In this document: positions 1 through 10,270 of the stretch, piece by piece
Numbering within the stretch: position 1 is the first letter of the stretch
How the letters are laid out: each line of letters begins with the position of its first letter
NCBI GenBank assembly: GCA_050230475.1
Contig: JBFLGF010000098.1
Span: forward strand, 46,916 to 66,915
Direction: 5' to 3'
DNA from: Ancylonema sp.
Taxonomy: Eukaryota
Length of the DNA stretch: 20,000 bases
The notes under the pieces: generated by a model
The model's database searches: none
What the model was told of the DNA's origin: nothing
Seen by the model: only the letters and a program-made list of their open reading frames with translations
Made by a program: the position numbers and the translations under genes

Positions 1-473
1 GCATGAGCGTTTTCGAGCGCAGAATGAGCGCATGAGCGCATGAGCGTATTAGAGCGCATGATGAGCGCTTGAGCGCATGAACGCAAAATGAGCGCGTAAA
101 ACGCGGTAACCGGGCAGAATATCCGTTCATTTTGGTGAATACTCGCTGAATACTTCAGGGGGGGATCTCAGTATGCCTGCGATCATGCGCTCATGCGCTC
201 GCCGATCCCCAGTAACATATCACTTCGGCGGCCAACCGAAAATTCTGGCGGCTGTCCGACCCGATTTGGGGTTAAGCACCGAGTGCAATGAGCGCAAAAT
301 GAGCGCATGAGCTCTAAATGAGCGCATGAGCGCAGCTCCGCTGAAATGATCTGCGCTCATGTGCGCTCGAACACGCTCACGCTCATGAGGTGCGCTCATG
401 GCCAATTCTGGGGATGCCTGCGATCATGCGCTCATGAGCGCTCGCTGCGCTCTGCGCTCGCCGATCCCTAGTG
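1..473. repeat. Array of ATGAGCGC/GCGCTCAT motifs with a duplicated terminus-like block; probable subterminal repeats and end of a DNA transposon that continues off the left edge
   Basis: Many ATGAGCGC copies at 1-95 and 288-332, with reverse-complement copies at 185-200 and 353-440. The block ATGCCTGCGATCATGCGCTCATG...CGCTCGCCGATCCC(C/T)AGT occurs twice (173-213, 414-472). The other terminus and a TSD are not visible. Confidence 0.6.
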
Positions 474-477
474 GACA

Positions 478-1080
478 CACACTTTCTGTTCACATCCAAC
501 CTCGATCTTCTGGTGCAAAATCTAGAGCCGACAGTGCACCGCACCGAGATAAGGTTTTCAAACGAACGAGAACGGGTGAACGACAAACAAATTTTGAGAT
601 AAGGAAAAGTGAACGAATACATGTCGAAATAAGTTGACATAAGGGAAAGCATAAAAGGCGTACATGTTCGGAACATGTGCGCATCCCGCACCTCCTCGCA
701 AAAAAAAAAAAAAAGAAGCCGCCGCTCATAGTAGTAAGCGATAGGAAACGCGATTTTTAAATTATCATCTCCCAGTTGGGCTGGCACATGTGCGCGGGGT
801 TGTGCGCACATGTTCCAGACATGTGTGCGACTTTAGTTGTGCGCACCCAACTATGAGGGAAAGAGAGCGGGTTTTTTTTAACGAAAGTGAACGGATGAAC
901 GCCGAGTAAATGTGAGAAAAAGGAGAGTGAACGAATTTTTAAGTGTAAAGTGAACTAATGAACGGCGAATAAAATTGATATAAAGAAAAATGGACGGATT
1001 TGTTGGTGTGAACTTCACACTGTGAAATGAAGGGATGAACGGCAAATGAATTTGAGGTAAAAGAAAGTGAACGACGCACT
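478..1080. repeat. Repeat element with dispersed (G/A)TGAACG motifs, interrupted by the MITE at 650-855
   Basis: About ten TGAACG/TGAAC motifs at 576-615 and 886-1075. Imperfect inverted match GTTCACATCCAAC (488-500) vs GTTGGTGTGAAC (1002-1013). Boundaries approximate, no TSD found. Confidence 0.4.
650..855. mobile_element. Non-autonomous hAT-like MITE (206 bp)
   Basis: Perfect 8-bp direct repeat AGGGAAAG at 642-649 and 856-863. Termini CATA.../...CCCAACTATG. Internal inverted arms ACATGTTCGGAACATGTGCGCA (662-683) vs TGCGCACATGTTCCAGACATGT (803-824). Confidence 0.75.
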
Positions 1081-1134
1081 TTTACCGTAAAATTGTGCGT
1101 TGTTTTGGGGTGGGTCCATAGTTGGGTGCGTGCG

Positions 1135-1413
1135 TGTGAGTGTTACCATCATCCATGATGCCTTCTTTACACCAATAGCTTCAATCTTCAGAATCAAACT
1201 TATTCACCACATGCCATACAAGAGAGTCGAGTCTTGATTGCAATGAGTCCGATTGAATTTTATGGCGGCCGCAACTTGGCTTAAGTAAACATGCCTTGTT
1301 GGATGTATCGTTCTAACGAATATTTGTTAAAAGATCTAGCAAGAAGGCATGTTGCCACAAAATCGATATAACGAATATTCTCAATACAACAAAGTTTCTA
1401 GCCAATTCTCACA
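1135..1413 (-). repeat. 3' LTR of the Copia element (279 bp)
   Basis: TGTGAG...TCTCACA. By manual alignment it differs from 3397-3672 by 13 substitutions and one 3-bp indel. Confidence 0.95.
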
Positions 1414-1423
1414 CCCCCTCCCT
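1414..1423 (-). other. Polypurine tract (PPT)
   Basis: Minus strand reads AGGGAGGGGG directly abutting the 3' LTR. Confidence 0.85.
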
Positions 1424-1611
1424 AGAAACTTTCGCACACACCCTCCAAAAATCATGGCATAGATATCGATTATTCACATCAAAGTTCCCCCCCCCACCAA
1501 AGAACTACCCCCTCCCAATCGAAAGCTGCCCCCTCCTAAACAGAAGGGTCCCCCCACCCCTTCCAAGCATAATTCCTAAGGAGCAGCAACAAGCCCAATC
1601 ATGTCATAGTT

Positions 1612-1771
1612 TGTCTGATGGATGTTAACGGGGACTGCCTTAGTGAGCATATCAGTGCTAAAACTCACTCTTAACAAACTGCAACTTGATCAATCTTTTG
1701 GCTACCCTCTCCCGAATAGAGTGCCACTTCAACTCAATATGCTTGGATTGACGATGAAATACTGGGTTCTC
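1612..1771 (-). pseudogene. Copia RNase H C-terminal remnant
   Basis: ENPVFHRQSKHIELKWHSIRERVAKRLIKLQFVKSEF, then after a stop/frameshift DMLTKAVP. Matches the Copia NPVFHxRTKHI...ADILTK motifs. Confidence 0.85.
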
Positions 1772-1885
1772 TCCCCCTCCCCCCCCTTCCCATGCGTGTG
1801 GCCTCATCATTTCCATGACTCTTGTCCGAGTATCACCAGACAGACAGCTCCCCCCCACACTGGTACAACAGGAGCATCATAATTC

Positions 1886-2075
1886 CTTTGCGACCACCCG
1901 CGCCTTGAACTTCTTTACCTCCCTAGTAGCATTCTTCTTCACCCTGAAGATCCACTTGGATTTGACTACCTTCACCCCAGGAGGGCGAGCCACTACCCTA
2001 AAGACCTTGTTCTCCTCCAGGCTGGTAGAAGTCATGGCAGCCTGCCAGACGTCACTTTCTGGAGATCTGATAGCG
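1886..2075 (-). pseudogene. Copia reverse transcriptase N-terminal remnant
   Basis: AIRSPESDVWQAAM..SLEENKVFRVVARPPGVKVVKSKWIFRVKKNATREVKKFKARVVAK is a typical RVT_2 start. The rest of RT is deleted. Confidence 0.9.
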
Positions 2076-2443
2076 GCAAGTACAATATGGTACTTGTCGA
2101 CGAGTACGTTAGGAAGTCTTGGGCGGAAATTATGCGCTCCAAGGACGAGGCTGATGTGCGACTCTAACAGTGGATCGCGATGTGAGAAACTCAGGCCGGC
2201 AATACCCTCAACAATCTGCGGTCTGACGACGGAGGGAAGTTTATGGACGGGAGCTTTCAGCTCTGGCTCCGACATCGGGGAACAAATGACGAGCTTACTC
2301 CCCCGCACAATCCTCAGACCAACGGCATCACCGAGCGCATAAACAGAACGCTCCAAGACCGCGCTCGGTCCATGCTAGCCGGCATGAAACTCCCTTCTGG
2401 CCTCTGGGGCGCCAAAGACTTCGCCTCCTACCTCCGCAATCGC
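2072..2443 (+). pseudogene. Copia integrase core remnant, on the opposite strand to the rest of the element
   Basis: Plus strand reads GKYNMVLVDEYVRKSWAEIMRSKDEA...LRSDDGGKFMDGSF...TPPHNPQTNGITERINRTLQDRARSMLAGMKLPSGLWG...YLRNR. This is the rve D-D-E core with an internal stop. Confidence 0.92.
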
Positions 2444-3121
2444 GGGTCTCCCGAAGACCCCGGAGGAGATTCAGTGGCCTGTTTCGCCGCGACCAGCAGG
2501 GGGAGCTGGCCATGGCGGCCAGGGTACTGCGGGAGCTGGAGCTAGAGGCCCTGGCGAGGCAAGTGGAGGTGGGGGTGCTAAAGATGGGGGTGCTGGAGGT
2601 GGGGGTTGGAGTTCTGGCGGGGCTGGAGGTTGGCAGGCAGGGGCAGACGCAACTGGGGTGGGAGGAGCTGAAGCTGCAGCCACAGGCCCTGGTGCAGCGG
2701 GGGCAACTGGGGATGGGGGTGGGGGCGGGGAAGAGGCAGTTCCTGACGCTGTGGGGACTCCCTTACCTCAGCGTCAGGACCTTCCTCCCCGTCAGAACAA
2801 CGATCTACCTGACCTCGTCAGCAACTCGAGCGGGGATAGCTACATGGACGAGCAGCTCGAGGACGGCCCCGAACGGCATCCCAACGATGTAGACGCTGAG
2901 AATCCAGCCGGAGCTGGTCCCCCAAGTGGTGGTGGGGCTGGGGCTGGGGCTGGGTTAAGGGCAACCGCTGGAGTTGGGGTTGGGGCTGCGGGTGGAGCAC
3001 CCTCGCCCCTCCCCCACCTACCCGCCGATCTGGCAGGGTGAACTCTGGCATTCCCCCTCTCAGATTCGTGGCAGGGTACGCTGCACACGTGGCGCAGGAG
3101 GTCAGCACGCCAAAATCTGTC

Positions 3122-3383
3122 GATTTCCAGACAACGCGCGATGTTGTTGCTCACGAGCGACATTATGAGCATGACCGCGCGCTTGCATTTCTTCCGGTAC
3201 AATTTCAAGTCCTCCGTGTACTCTTCCATCTCATCATAATTTGCTCGATTAGGCAATATCTCCTCGGGTTCCAACTCAGTCCCCTCACACACTTCTAAAC
3301 AATCCTCATTGTCTAAAATTGCGCATGTTTTCGACCGCCATGCCTGAAACGGCACGCGGTCGCCATCGAAGATCGTATATCTT
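3122..3383 (-). pseudogene. Copia gag N-terminal remnant
   Basis: FDGDRVPFQAWRSKTCAILDNEDCLEVCEGTE...YRKKCKRAVMLIMSLVSNNIA lies directly after the PBS and resembles the Copia gag N-terminus (DUF4219/UBN2 type). Confidence 0.8.
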
Positions 3384-3395
3384 GCTCTGATACCA
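3384..3395 (-). other. Primer-binding site complementary to initiator tRNA-Met
   Basis: Minus strand TGGTATCAGAGC, 1 nt inside the 5' LTR. Confidence 0.95.
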
Positions 3396-3396
3396 C

Positions 3397-3672
3397 TGTG
3401 AGAGTTACCATCATCCATGATGCCTTCTTTACACCAATAGCTTCAATCTTCAAAATCAAACTTATTCACCACATGCCATACAAGAGAGTCGAGTCTTGAT
3501 TGCAAAGAGTCCGATTGAATATTATGGCGGTCGCAACTTGGCCTAAGTGAACATGCCTTGTCGGATGTATCGTTCTAACGAATACTTGCTAAAAGATCTA
3601 GCAAGAAATGTTGCCTCAAAATCGATACAACGAATATTCTCAATACAACAAAGTTTATAGCCAATTCTCACA
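3397..3672 (-). repeat. 5' LTR of the Copia element (276 bp)
   Basis: TGTGAGA...TCTCACA with a perfect 7-bp terminal inverted repeat. Direct repeat of 1135-1413. Confidence 0.95.
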
Positions 3673-4451
3673 ATGCGCAACTTTTGCGCCCGATGGTCGA
3701 ACGCGTGCCTTAGAGGGACAATTTCAGTAATCGAATTTCGGACGGCGAGACTTGACTAAGTAGTGAGTATTTACCATTTTAAACTGTAGGTAGTCATACT
3801 ACCGTAGTATGATATAACGTCTTAGGCCCTAAATTATATACTGCCACCATTGTAACTTGTAACCGATTTACCAATTCACCGATCACCGATCACATGATTT
3901 TGGAAACATCTCGCACCCCCTCGGGTACCCTCCTCCCCGGGGACGGGGGGGTGGGTAATAATATAATTCTAACACCTATGGCCGCGCACCGTGCGCAAGA
4001 TTTGTGCAGGCGTGCCGCACGCGTGCGCAAGCGCATGCGCGCGGCACGCGTGCGGGATTCGCACGCCAAAAACCCAACAATGGGTGGGTCATTTTGCTCG
4101 CCGGGTCACGGTATAATGCATATTTTTATTCCGGGTCATAATTTTAGGTCACGGGATAAGAAACATATTTTGCCCGGGTCAACTTGGTGGGTCACGAGTC
4201 GTGACTCACGACATTTTTTTTTAAAATTTGTTTTATCCTGGGTCATTTTGTATGGCCACTACGGTATTTGGATTTAAACCAATGCGTCTCTATGTCGAAT
4301 ATGAAATATTAGTTTCATATTGAAACCGGATTTGAAAATAAATATTTATTATTGAGGTTGAGTCACCTATTGACCTATCCGCGCGCCAAATACAGACGAG
4401 CATTGCCAGTTGTCTGCGTAGTAAAGCCCTAATGTGTGATATTCGTAAGTA

Positions 4452-4692
4452 CCCGTAGTGGCCGTACATAATGACCCCGGTTTAAAAAAACGAATTAATT
4501 TAGCTACGAAACCACCACTTTACCCAACCCGCGCACCCTAAATAAAATTTCCAAAAATCCTGAAAAATATTTAGTATCAGGTGACCCACATTATAGAATG
4601 ACCCACTTTTTTTTATAAAATTGAATTATATAATTTGACCCGACCCACCCTTTTCATAATTATTTGCGGGTCATGATGTGTGGCTAGTACGG
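4452..4692. mobile_element. Tc1/mariner-like MITE (about 240 bp)
   Basis: TA on both flanks (4450-4451, 4693-4694). Imperfect TIRs CCGTAGTGGCCGTACATAATGACCC and GGGTCATGATGTGTGGCTAGTACGG. Internal TGACCC repeats. Confidence 0.65.
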
Positions 4693-4764
4693 TAGATTGA
4701 TATCGTATGCAAGGTATACGATATTGTTTCGCTGGAAGTAAATGGATATTGTTTCATTGGAAAT

Positions 4765-4914
4765 AAAAACGTATGCACCCATTGTTGCATGTTCATGCGC
4801 CAAAAAACGATATTACCCCCTCTCTTTTTTCCTTTTCTAGTTGGGCCCGATCCGTTCGAACATTTCCTACCCATCGCCGATCCGAATCGGGGATCCGAAT
4901 CGGGCCCAATCATG
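4765..4914. repeat. Truncated inverted relative of the 5225-5529 MITE
   Basis: TAGTTGGGCCCGATCCGTTCG (4838-4858) is an imperfect inverted repeat of CGATCGGATCGTGCCCAACCA (5313-5333). TATGCACCCAT (4772) mirrors ATGGGTGCATA (5389). CCGATC repeats. Confidence 0.55.
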
Positions 4915-5224
4915 TTCGAAACGAGTGAAGGACCCACTTGGTCCCACTCCATGATTTGTAGGCAAACGCTATAGGATTGCCTACTCTCTCAGTAACATAA
5001 CTTGGCCCTACTCCCTGCAGGTCGGCAAAAAAATGTGGAAGCGTGATACAATGATAGGCTGAAGCAATTGAGTGAGACCCAACGCGAGAAGCTAGACGTG
5101 ACATGGTGTGGTTCTAGCACGCCCGCGACGATGAAAGGCTAGTGAGTAGTTCGTTTGTGCCTGAAAGGCGACGCAATGCATAGCTAGCCAACGGATATCG
5201 GACCCTTATTTACTTGTTTCCAAG

Positions 5225-5529
5225 CATAGTTGGTCCCGATCCATCTCGATCGCCGATCCAGATCGGCGCGGGATCGGGCCACATACGGATTGGAAAGGGA
5301 TCGGATATATTCCGATCGGATCGTGCCCAACCAAAAAATAAAAAAACACACACAGACACAATCATGGTTTTGGGGATTTTACGCATTCATGGGTGCATAT
5401 GATTTTTTTTTTCATGTCGATTTCGACCTGGAAGTTCGGCGCCTTCGACCCGGATCTGTGCCATATCGGGTCCGATCCGGATCCGCACGGGATCAGAAAA
5501 TCCCCGGTCGGATCGGATTGGGAGCTGTG
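5225..5529. mobile_element. Non-autonomous hAT-like MITE (305 bp)
   Basis: 8-bp TSD TTTCCAAG/TTTCGAAG (5217-5224, 5530-5537; 7/8). Termini CATAGTTGGTCCCGATCC and GGATCGGATTGGGAGCTGTG. Dense CCGATC/GATCGG subterminal repeats. Confidence 0.7.
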
Positions 5530-6087
5530 TTTCGAAGTCAACATAAGTACATGCCACCTCACACATACGGCCAATTTTACTTTGCGATGATTGCAATTCC
5601 TAACCGTTTTGTAATCCATATCCAGACGGATTGAGCCTGAAGCGTTAAGGTAGATTGGTCATCTGTCCCGTGTCCGTTAAACACAAGTTTTTACGACATA
5701 AACCCCTTCTCGCCGGCATCTCCCTCCGTAAATCCCCGCAATATTTGATTTTCGAGACAATAGTAGGACATGGGAGGTCAATGGTCTCAAAAAATGAAAA
5801 AACGGGACAGACTCCCGTAGTTACCACGTGACATACCAACTGGGGAATCCAAGTCGAAGTACGTGCGGCCGTCTTGAGTCGTGGAAAACCGCTCGTTTTA
5901 AAGCCACTCGTTTTCAAGGCGATTCTTTTTCCGGCAAAGGCGTTGGGGACATGTGTGGGGAATCGAAGACATGCCTGGGGCCGACTATGGCTCCCTCTTT
6001 CGGATGGACAACTCAAAATCACGACTCGATTCGGACAACAAGCTCGCAAGACTAGAGAACATTTCAGCGCTTTTGATTGCTCTTTGT

Positions 6088-9000
6088 TCATTGGTAAAGT
6101 TTTCCCAGCACGATTCCCCCAAACACAATGGCCCCATACCACTGGTTGGAATTGAACCTGCAAAGACCGCGAAAGGAGGGTAGTGGACCATCAGGCCGTG
6201 CATCCAAGCAGACACGACAAACAACACACCTTCCTAACGCAACTTCGGCAACATATCTCCCGATCAAAACAGAGCAAGATCCACTACCTCCCCCACACAG
6301 CACCGTGCCTCCTGCCTCCCTCCCCCCTTACTTCCTCCTGCAATCGTCCCTGTCGTCGTAATCCACACCTGCTACTTGCCACGCCAGCTGGCCACCACTG
6401 GCAGACACAGCAACATAAAACGGCCAACCTGTCCCAACCACACACCACCCCCCCGAATTCAGGTTCAGGTTCAGGTTCAGTCCCCACCATATGAGGATGC
6501 TCATACCACCTCCTCAGACCCTCTGCTCCCTGACCCCATTGGCAATCCTCCTGCCACCCCCTTCTCTCACCCAGCCCAACTGCGTTGCCAGCTGTCGCCA
6601 GCCCCACGAGGGTCGCTGCACTGAACCCTGTGAGCCAAAGGGGGGAGTTGGGTCCGAACAGCAGCGCAGTGGAACGGACGCCCACTTGCACGTCATCGAC
6701 CTTGTCCTGGAAAAACGGAAACATACAAAAAGATGAGCCACCTGTCACTCCTGCTTGTTTTATGTGGTCCAAACTTAGAAGTGTGCCCTGCACATACATT
6801 TGATCCTCTCTATAGACACCCCTCAGGTTTGTCTTGAATGTCGTGCCTTTTTGGGGGGTGTGCCTTTACAGAGGGCGAGATCTACAAGCCTTATTATTCA
6901 TGTTTGCCAAATAAGGTGCCATTATTATATAGCGTGCGCCTATACAGAGGGTCGACCGAAGACACATGTATGTACATATGCGGCACCCAACAAAAAAAAA
7001 ATTGCGAGCAGTCCCATCCGCCCCTTCCCATTCCTTACCTGGTGCGCGTATATGGTGTCGTACACCAGCGTCCAGGACACCCCTGCCAGGTAGAGAGGCA
7101 GGACGACTGGCAGGTTCAGAGAGCCATGCACGGCCGCCCAGCCAAGAAGAGCCCCCCAGTTGAAGGAGAGCCCAAGATAAGCCTGAGGCTGGGAGGAGGT
7201 GGAGGGGGAACCGAACATTATTTTTAGACCTCCTGTTTCACCTTCTTCTTCTTTTTCAAAGATATTGGACTGGGAAGAGAGAATTTTTTTTTGGAAAAAA
7301 AAACTTGGAAAAAAAAACTTGTAAACAAAAACTTGGAAAAAAAAACTTGGAAAAAAAAACTTGGACTAAAACGATGATCTGACGGTGGGAAGAGGGGATG
7401 GCGTGTGATTATTTCCCAGGGAGTGTAAATATCACCCTGAACGCCCCTTTAAAAACCGGGGGGGGGAAACCAGAATTACCCAGTACGTGATTCTCTTCAT
7501 TAGTGGATAGGTGAACACGAGCAGAAGGGAAGAGGCCCCCAGGATTTGACTGCAGAAAGAAGCCACACCCATTCGTGACCAACTCTACGAAAGATCTGAA
7601 AATAAGGTTACGTATATGGGTCTTAGGTTTTATGTTGGTGTACAAGTATACATAGGTTTTTTAGTTTTTACATAGATTTTCTAGGTTAGGTTAAGGTCAA
7701 GGTTAGAGGAGATACTGTTCATCTCTCCTCTAGTTTTGTCATTTTGTACAAAAAGAGCATTTGACCACAGCGAAATGGAACACTTGTGTATGTTACTGCC
7801 ACGCCACATCAGCGTCCAAGCCACGTGGCAAAGTACTGATTTTGGTGATGGAAAGGGAGATGAATGGGAGATGTGAAAACGTCCAGTATCATCCTCATTT
7901 TCGACTACCTAGTTAAACTACTATCCCCTTACCAATGCTCCAAATCCCGAAACCACCATGATCGGTACTCACTATTCCGATCAGGTCCCCCCCCCACAGA
8001 GACACACACACCTGAACGCGTTCAGCTGCAGCAGAATTCCTAGTCCCAACATGAGCTGCGCCCCCAGAAACACCACCGCTGCCCTGCTGCTAACTGTGCC
8101 AGCTGCCAGGGGTCGCACCCTGGTGCGAGCCACCTGGCAAGAGGGCAGGCAGGACACCTGTCGGTCACGGAGCAGCTTCACCAACCTAGTACAAGTTCAT
8201 GCAAACAAGAAGAAAAAAAGCAAGAAGCAGAAAGCGAGAAGCGTTTTTGGCAGTGTGTGGAGGGGAATCCAGGCCCAAGATCTGAACAGATCCACAGCGA
8301 AATCCACCCCCCTGGACCCTGGGCCCTGGCAAAGTCCCGTCCACAGCAGCAGCCTCTGTTCTTTCGTTATATCGAATGCCACGGAGAGGCACACGTACCT
8401 TTGCATCGATTTTTTGGTCCAGAAGGTCGTTCACGGTGCAGCCAGCGCCCCGTAGGAGGACAGCTCCGCCCCCGAACAGGGCCAACAGGTGGAGGTCAGG
8501 GAGGCTGCCAGGTGGCGCTGCCAGGGCGATGGACCTGGAGTCAAGCGCGGAGAGAGGTGGAGCATCAGTGGTGGGGAGAGAAGACGAGGGAGGACCAACG
8601 GGATTATGCCAGGTGGCGGTGGGAGGGCAGATGAGGGTGCCATGAGGGGAGGGTACAGTGGATTTGGTAACTCAGGGGATGAGAACATAGGCAGAGGGCA
8701 GAAAGCTGGAAGGATGAAGTTTGGGAGGGGTAGATGGTGAATTGACGAGGTGTGGCAGGCGACATACGATGCCAGGCAGTGACGTGGCATTGACAAGGGA
8801 GTGGGCGGCGCTGATGGTCACTCGGAGAAGGTGAAGAGAACGGGACGGAATGTGGCCCGAATGTGGAGAAGATTGAAAAAAAACAATAATGGGACCCGGA
8901 TGACATTCAGGGGCGACACAGTGGCAGTTTCTCGGGAAGGAAATTCTAATGATTTCTCTCGTTCTGCCTCTCTCGTTCTCCCGGTTGTTCCGTTTTTCAA

Positions 9001-9764
9001 GAGAGAAGAAAGGACCCCAACGATTCAACTCACCAGAAGCATGGCCATGCTAACAGCCATGTCCCAATGGGCTTGTCTAGACGCGCCAAGTGGGCGTATG
9101 GGCGGAAGCTAGAAGGCAGCAACCACTCAATCCACGATCCAGGCTCCTTGCCATCCAATCCTCCTCCGCTACTGTTTCTCGGTGTGGAATCTTCGGGTAC
9201 TTTTGCCCCTCCGTCCGGCGAACGGAAGTCAAGCTGGGATACGGACGAGTTGGAGTCCGAGGAGGAGTTACGGACGCCATTCGCGATGCTGTGATACGCC
9301 AGGTGGTGAGCTGGATGGCTGATTCTTTTGGCAAGACAGGGAGGCGGTAGGGTATGCCAGCCGTTTGAGACCGCTGACGGCTGACGGGATGCCGGCTGGA
9401 CGGTCGGGGGCTCTCTACACATGTGTTCGGAAGACCTACTCTCTGCGAGCATTTGTTGGGAGCTCTTTCCAGATTCGTCCTCCCATATGTGATAATGAGT
9501 ATGGGGGTGCCACCCCCAAGCAAGAGTCTGTCTACTCCTGCCTTGTGGATTCCCACCCAGCGAGTCAGGTTCTTGGCATGTCTCCCTTGTATGGAACAGA
9601 GGAGGCATTGCTGCCCATGTTTCCTGCTGAGCGGCTGGATGGTGATTTATATCACATGCTCTGGTAGCACTCAGAGGCACAGAAGTCACCCTCCACCTTC
9701 CCGACCAGCACAGGGCGTTTGCTACGTCCCCAGATCGACGTATCCTATCGACGAAGCGCAACAT
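6088..9764 (-). CDS. COQ2: 4-hydroxybenzoate polyprenyltransferase (UbiA family; COQ2/PPT1), 8 exons, 503 aa
   Basis: Exons (minus): 9764-9034, 8534-8399, 8133-8012, 7549-7480, 7188-7039, 6706-6571, 6428-6332, 6157-6088. All introns are GT-AG and phases are consistent (1512 nt). Motifs [102 protein letters not shown]. Confidence 0.96.
7291..7372. repeat. 14-bp tandem repeat (TTGGAAAAAAAAAC) x about 5.8 in COQ2 intron 4
   Basis: Units start at 7291, 7305, 7319 (variant), 7333, 7347 and 7361 (partial). Confidence 0.85.
7706..7896. mobile_element. Possible small MITE in COQ2 intron 3
   Basis: GAGGAGATACTG (7706-7717) vs CAGTATCATCCTC (7884-7896), inverted with a 1-nt indel. Central GCCACATCAGC/GCCACGTGGCA motifs of the kind common in plant MITEs. 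No clean TSD. Confidence 0.4.
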
Positions 9765-10221
9765 TTAGGAAGTTTAAGCTAAGTATTCTACCATACAGTG
9801 TACCAAGATCACCAGTGCAAAATACTTACCCAATATCTATAACTTGGAATATAATAATTTCCACACATAAAAATGGTTGATCATGATCTAGTGCCGAGTA
9901 TTTGAACGGGATAGGTGTTATTTTTTTGGCTTGCCCAGAAAAATGCTGATATCACGATATCAACACGTACTGAACTCCTGCTAACTCCAGACCCAGTTGG
10001 CGGTTACCCTCCGCAAGAGTACATACAAAGCTTCCATGTTTCCCATTCCATCACACACCTGGGCGGGAAAAGGGGAGGCGTTAATATCTGGTATCCGCCA
10101 GTTTCATCCTACATGCGCCAGTCGAATGGCGGAACAACTCGGTCTTCCGTTCGATACACCGTACCGACAGTCCGATATTAAGAAACCAAAAAACGCCCGG
10201 GGGAAATGTTTCATACAACGA

Positions 10222-10270
10222 GTTTTTTTTGTTTTTTTTTGTTTTTTTTTGTTTTTTTTTGTTTTTTTTG
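10222..10270. repeat. (G T8-9)n low-complexity tract between the divergent COQ2 and RbfA-like genes
   Basis: Five G+T-run units. Confidence 0.85.

Larger units (their letters stand above)
1135..3672 (-). mobile_element. Ty1/Copia LTR retrotransposon, non-autonomous, internally deleted and internally inverted
   Basis: Two LTRs (1135-1413, 3397-3672) with TG...CA ends, a tRNA-iMet PBS and a PPT. 5-bp TSD GTGCG/ATGCG (1130-1134, 3673-3677; 4/5). Remnants of gag, integrase, RT and RNase H. Confidence 0.95.
1117..4082. mobile_element. Non-autonomous hAT-like MITE (about 423 bp without the Copia insert)
   Basis: Perfect 8-bp TSD GGTGGGTC at 1109-1116 and 4083-4090. TIRs CATAGTTGGG (1117-1126) and CCCAACAATG (4073-4082) match 9/10. 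GTGCGC-rich subterminal arms. Confidence 0.8.
1085..4264. mobile_element. Tc1/mariner-like MITE (about 200 bp when reconstituted), split by the hAT MITE and Copia insertions
   Basis: TA|CCGTA at 1083-1089 and TACGG|TA at 4260-4266. GGGTCA subterminal repeats at 4085-4245. The right end GGGTCATTTTGTATGGCCACTACGG matches the TIR of the sister element at 4452-4692. The left TIR is degenerate. Confidence 0.5.

Noticed and set aside
1877..2356. 159-aa ORF as a real protein
   Set aside because: The N-terminal part is antisense integrase. Only the last ~65 aa are RT.
2471..3108. Pro/Ala/Gly-rich ORFs resembling extensin-like proteins
   Set aside because: They are alternative readings of the GC-rich Copia INT-RT linker inside the inverted block.
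2840..3418. 192-aa minus-strand ORF as an intact gag gene
   Set aside because: It starts inside the LTR and reads across the inversion breakpoint at about 3121 into antisense linker, so it is chimeric.
4085..5529. Regularly recurring GGGTCA and CCGATC motifs as a CRISPR-like array
   Set aside because: The motifs are 6-9 bp, irregularly spaced and orientation-switching, and are explained as MITE subterminal repeats in a eukaryotic genome.
6458..6480. (TTCAGG)4, and TTAGG-like repeats near 7683-7700, as telomeric relics
   Set aside because: Too short and not the plant TTTAGGG unit. Ordinary intronic microsatellites.
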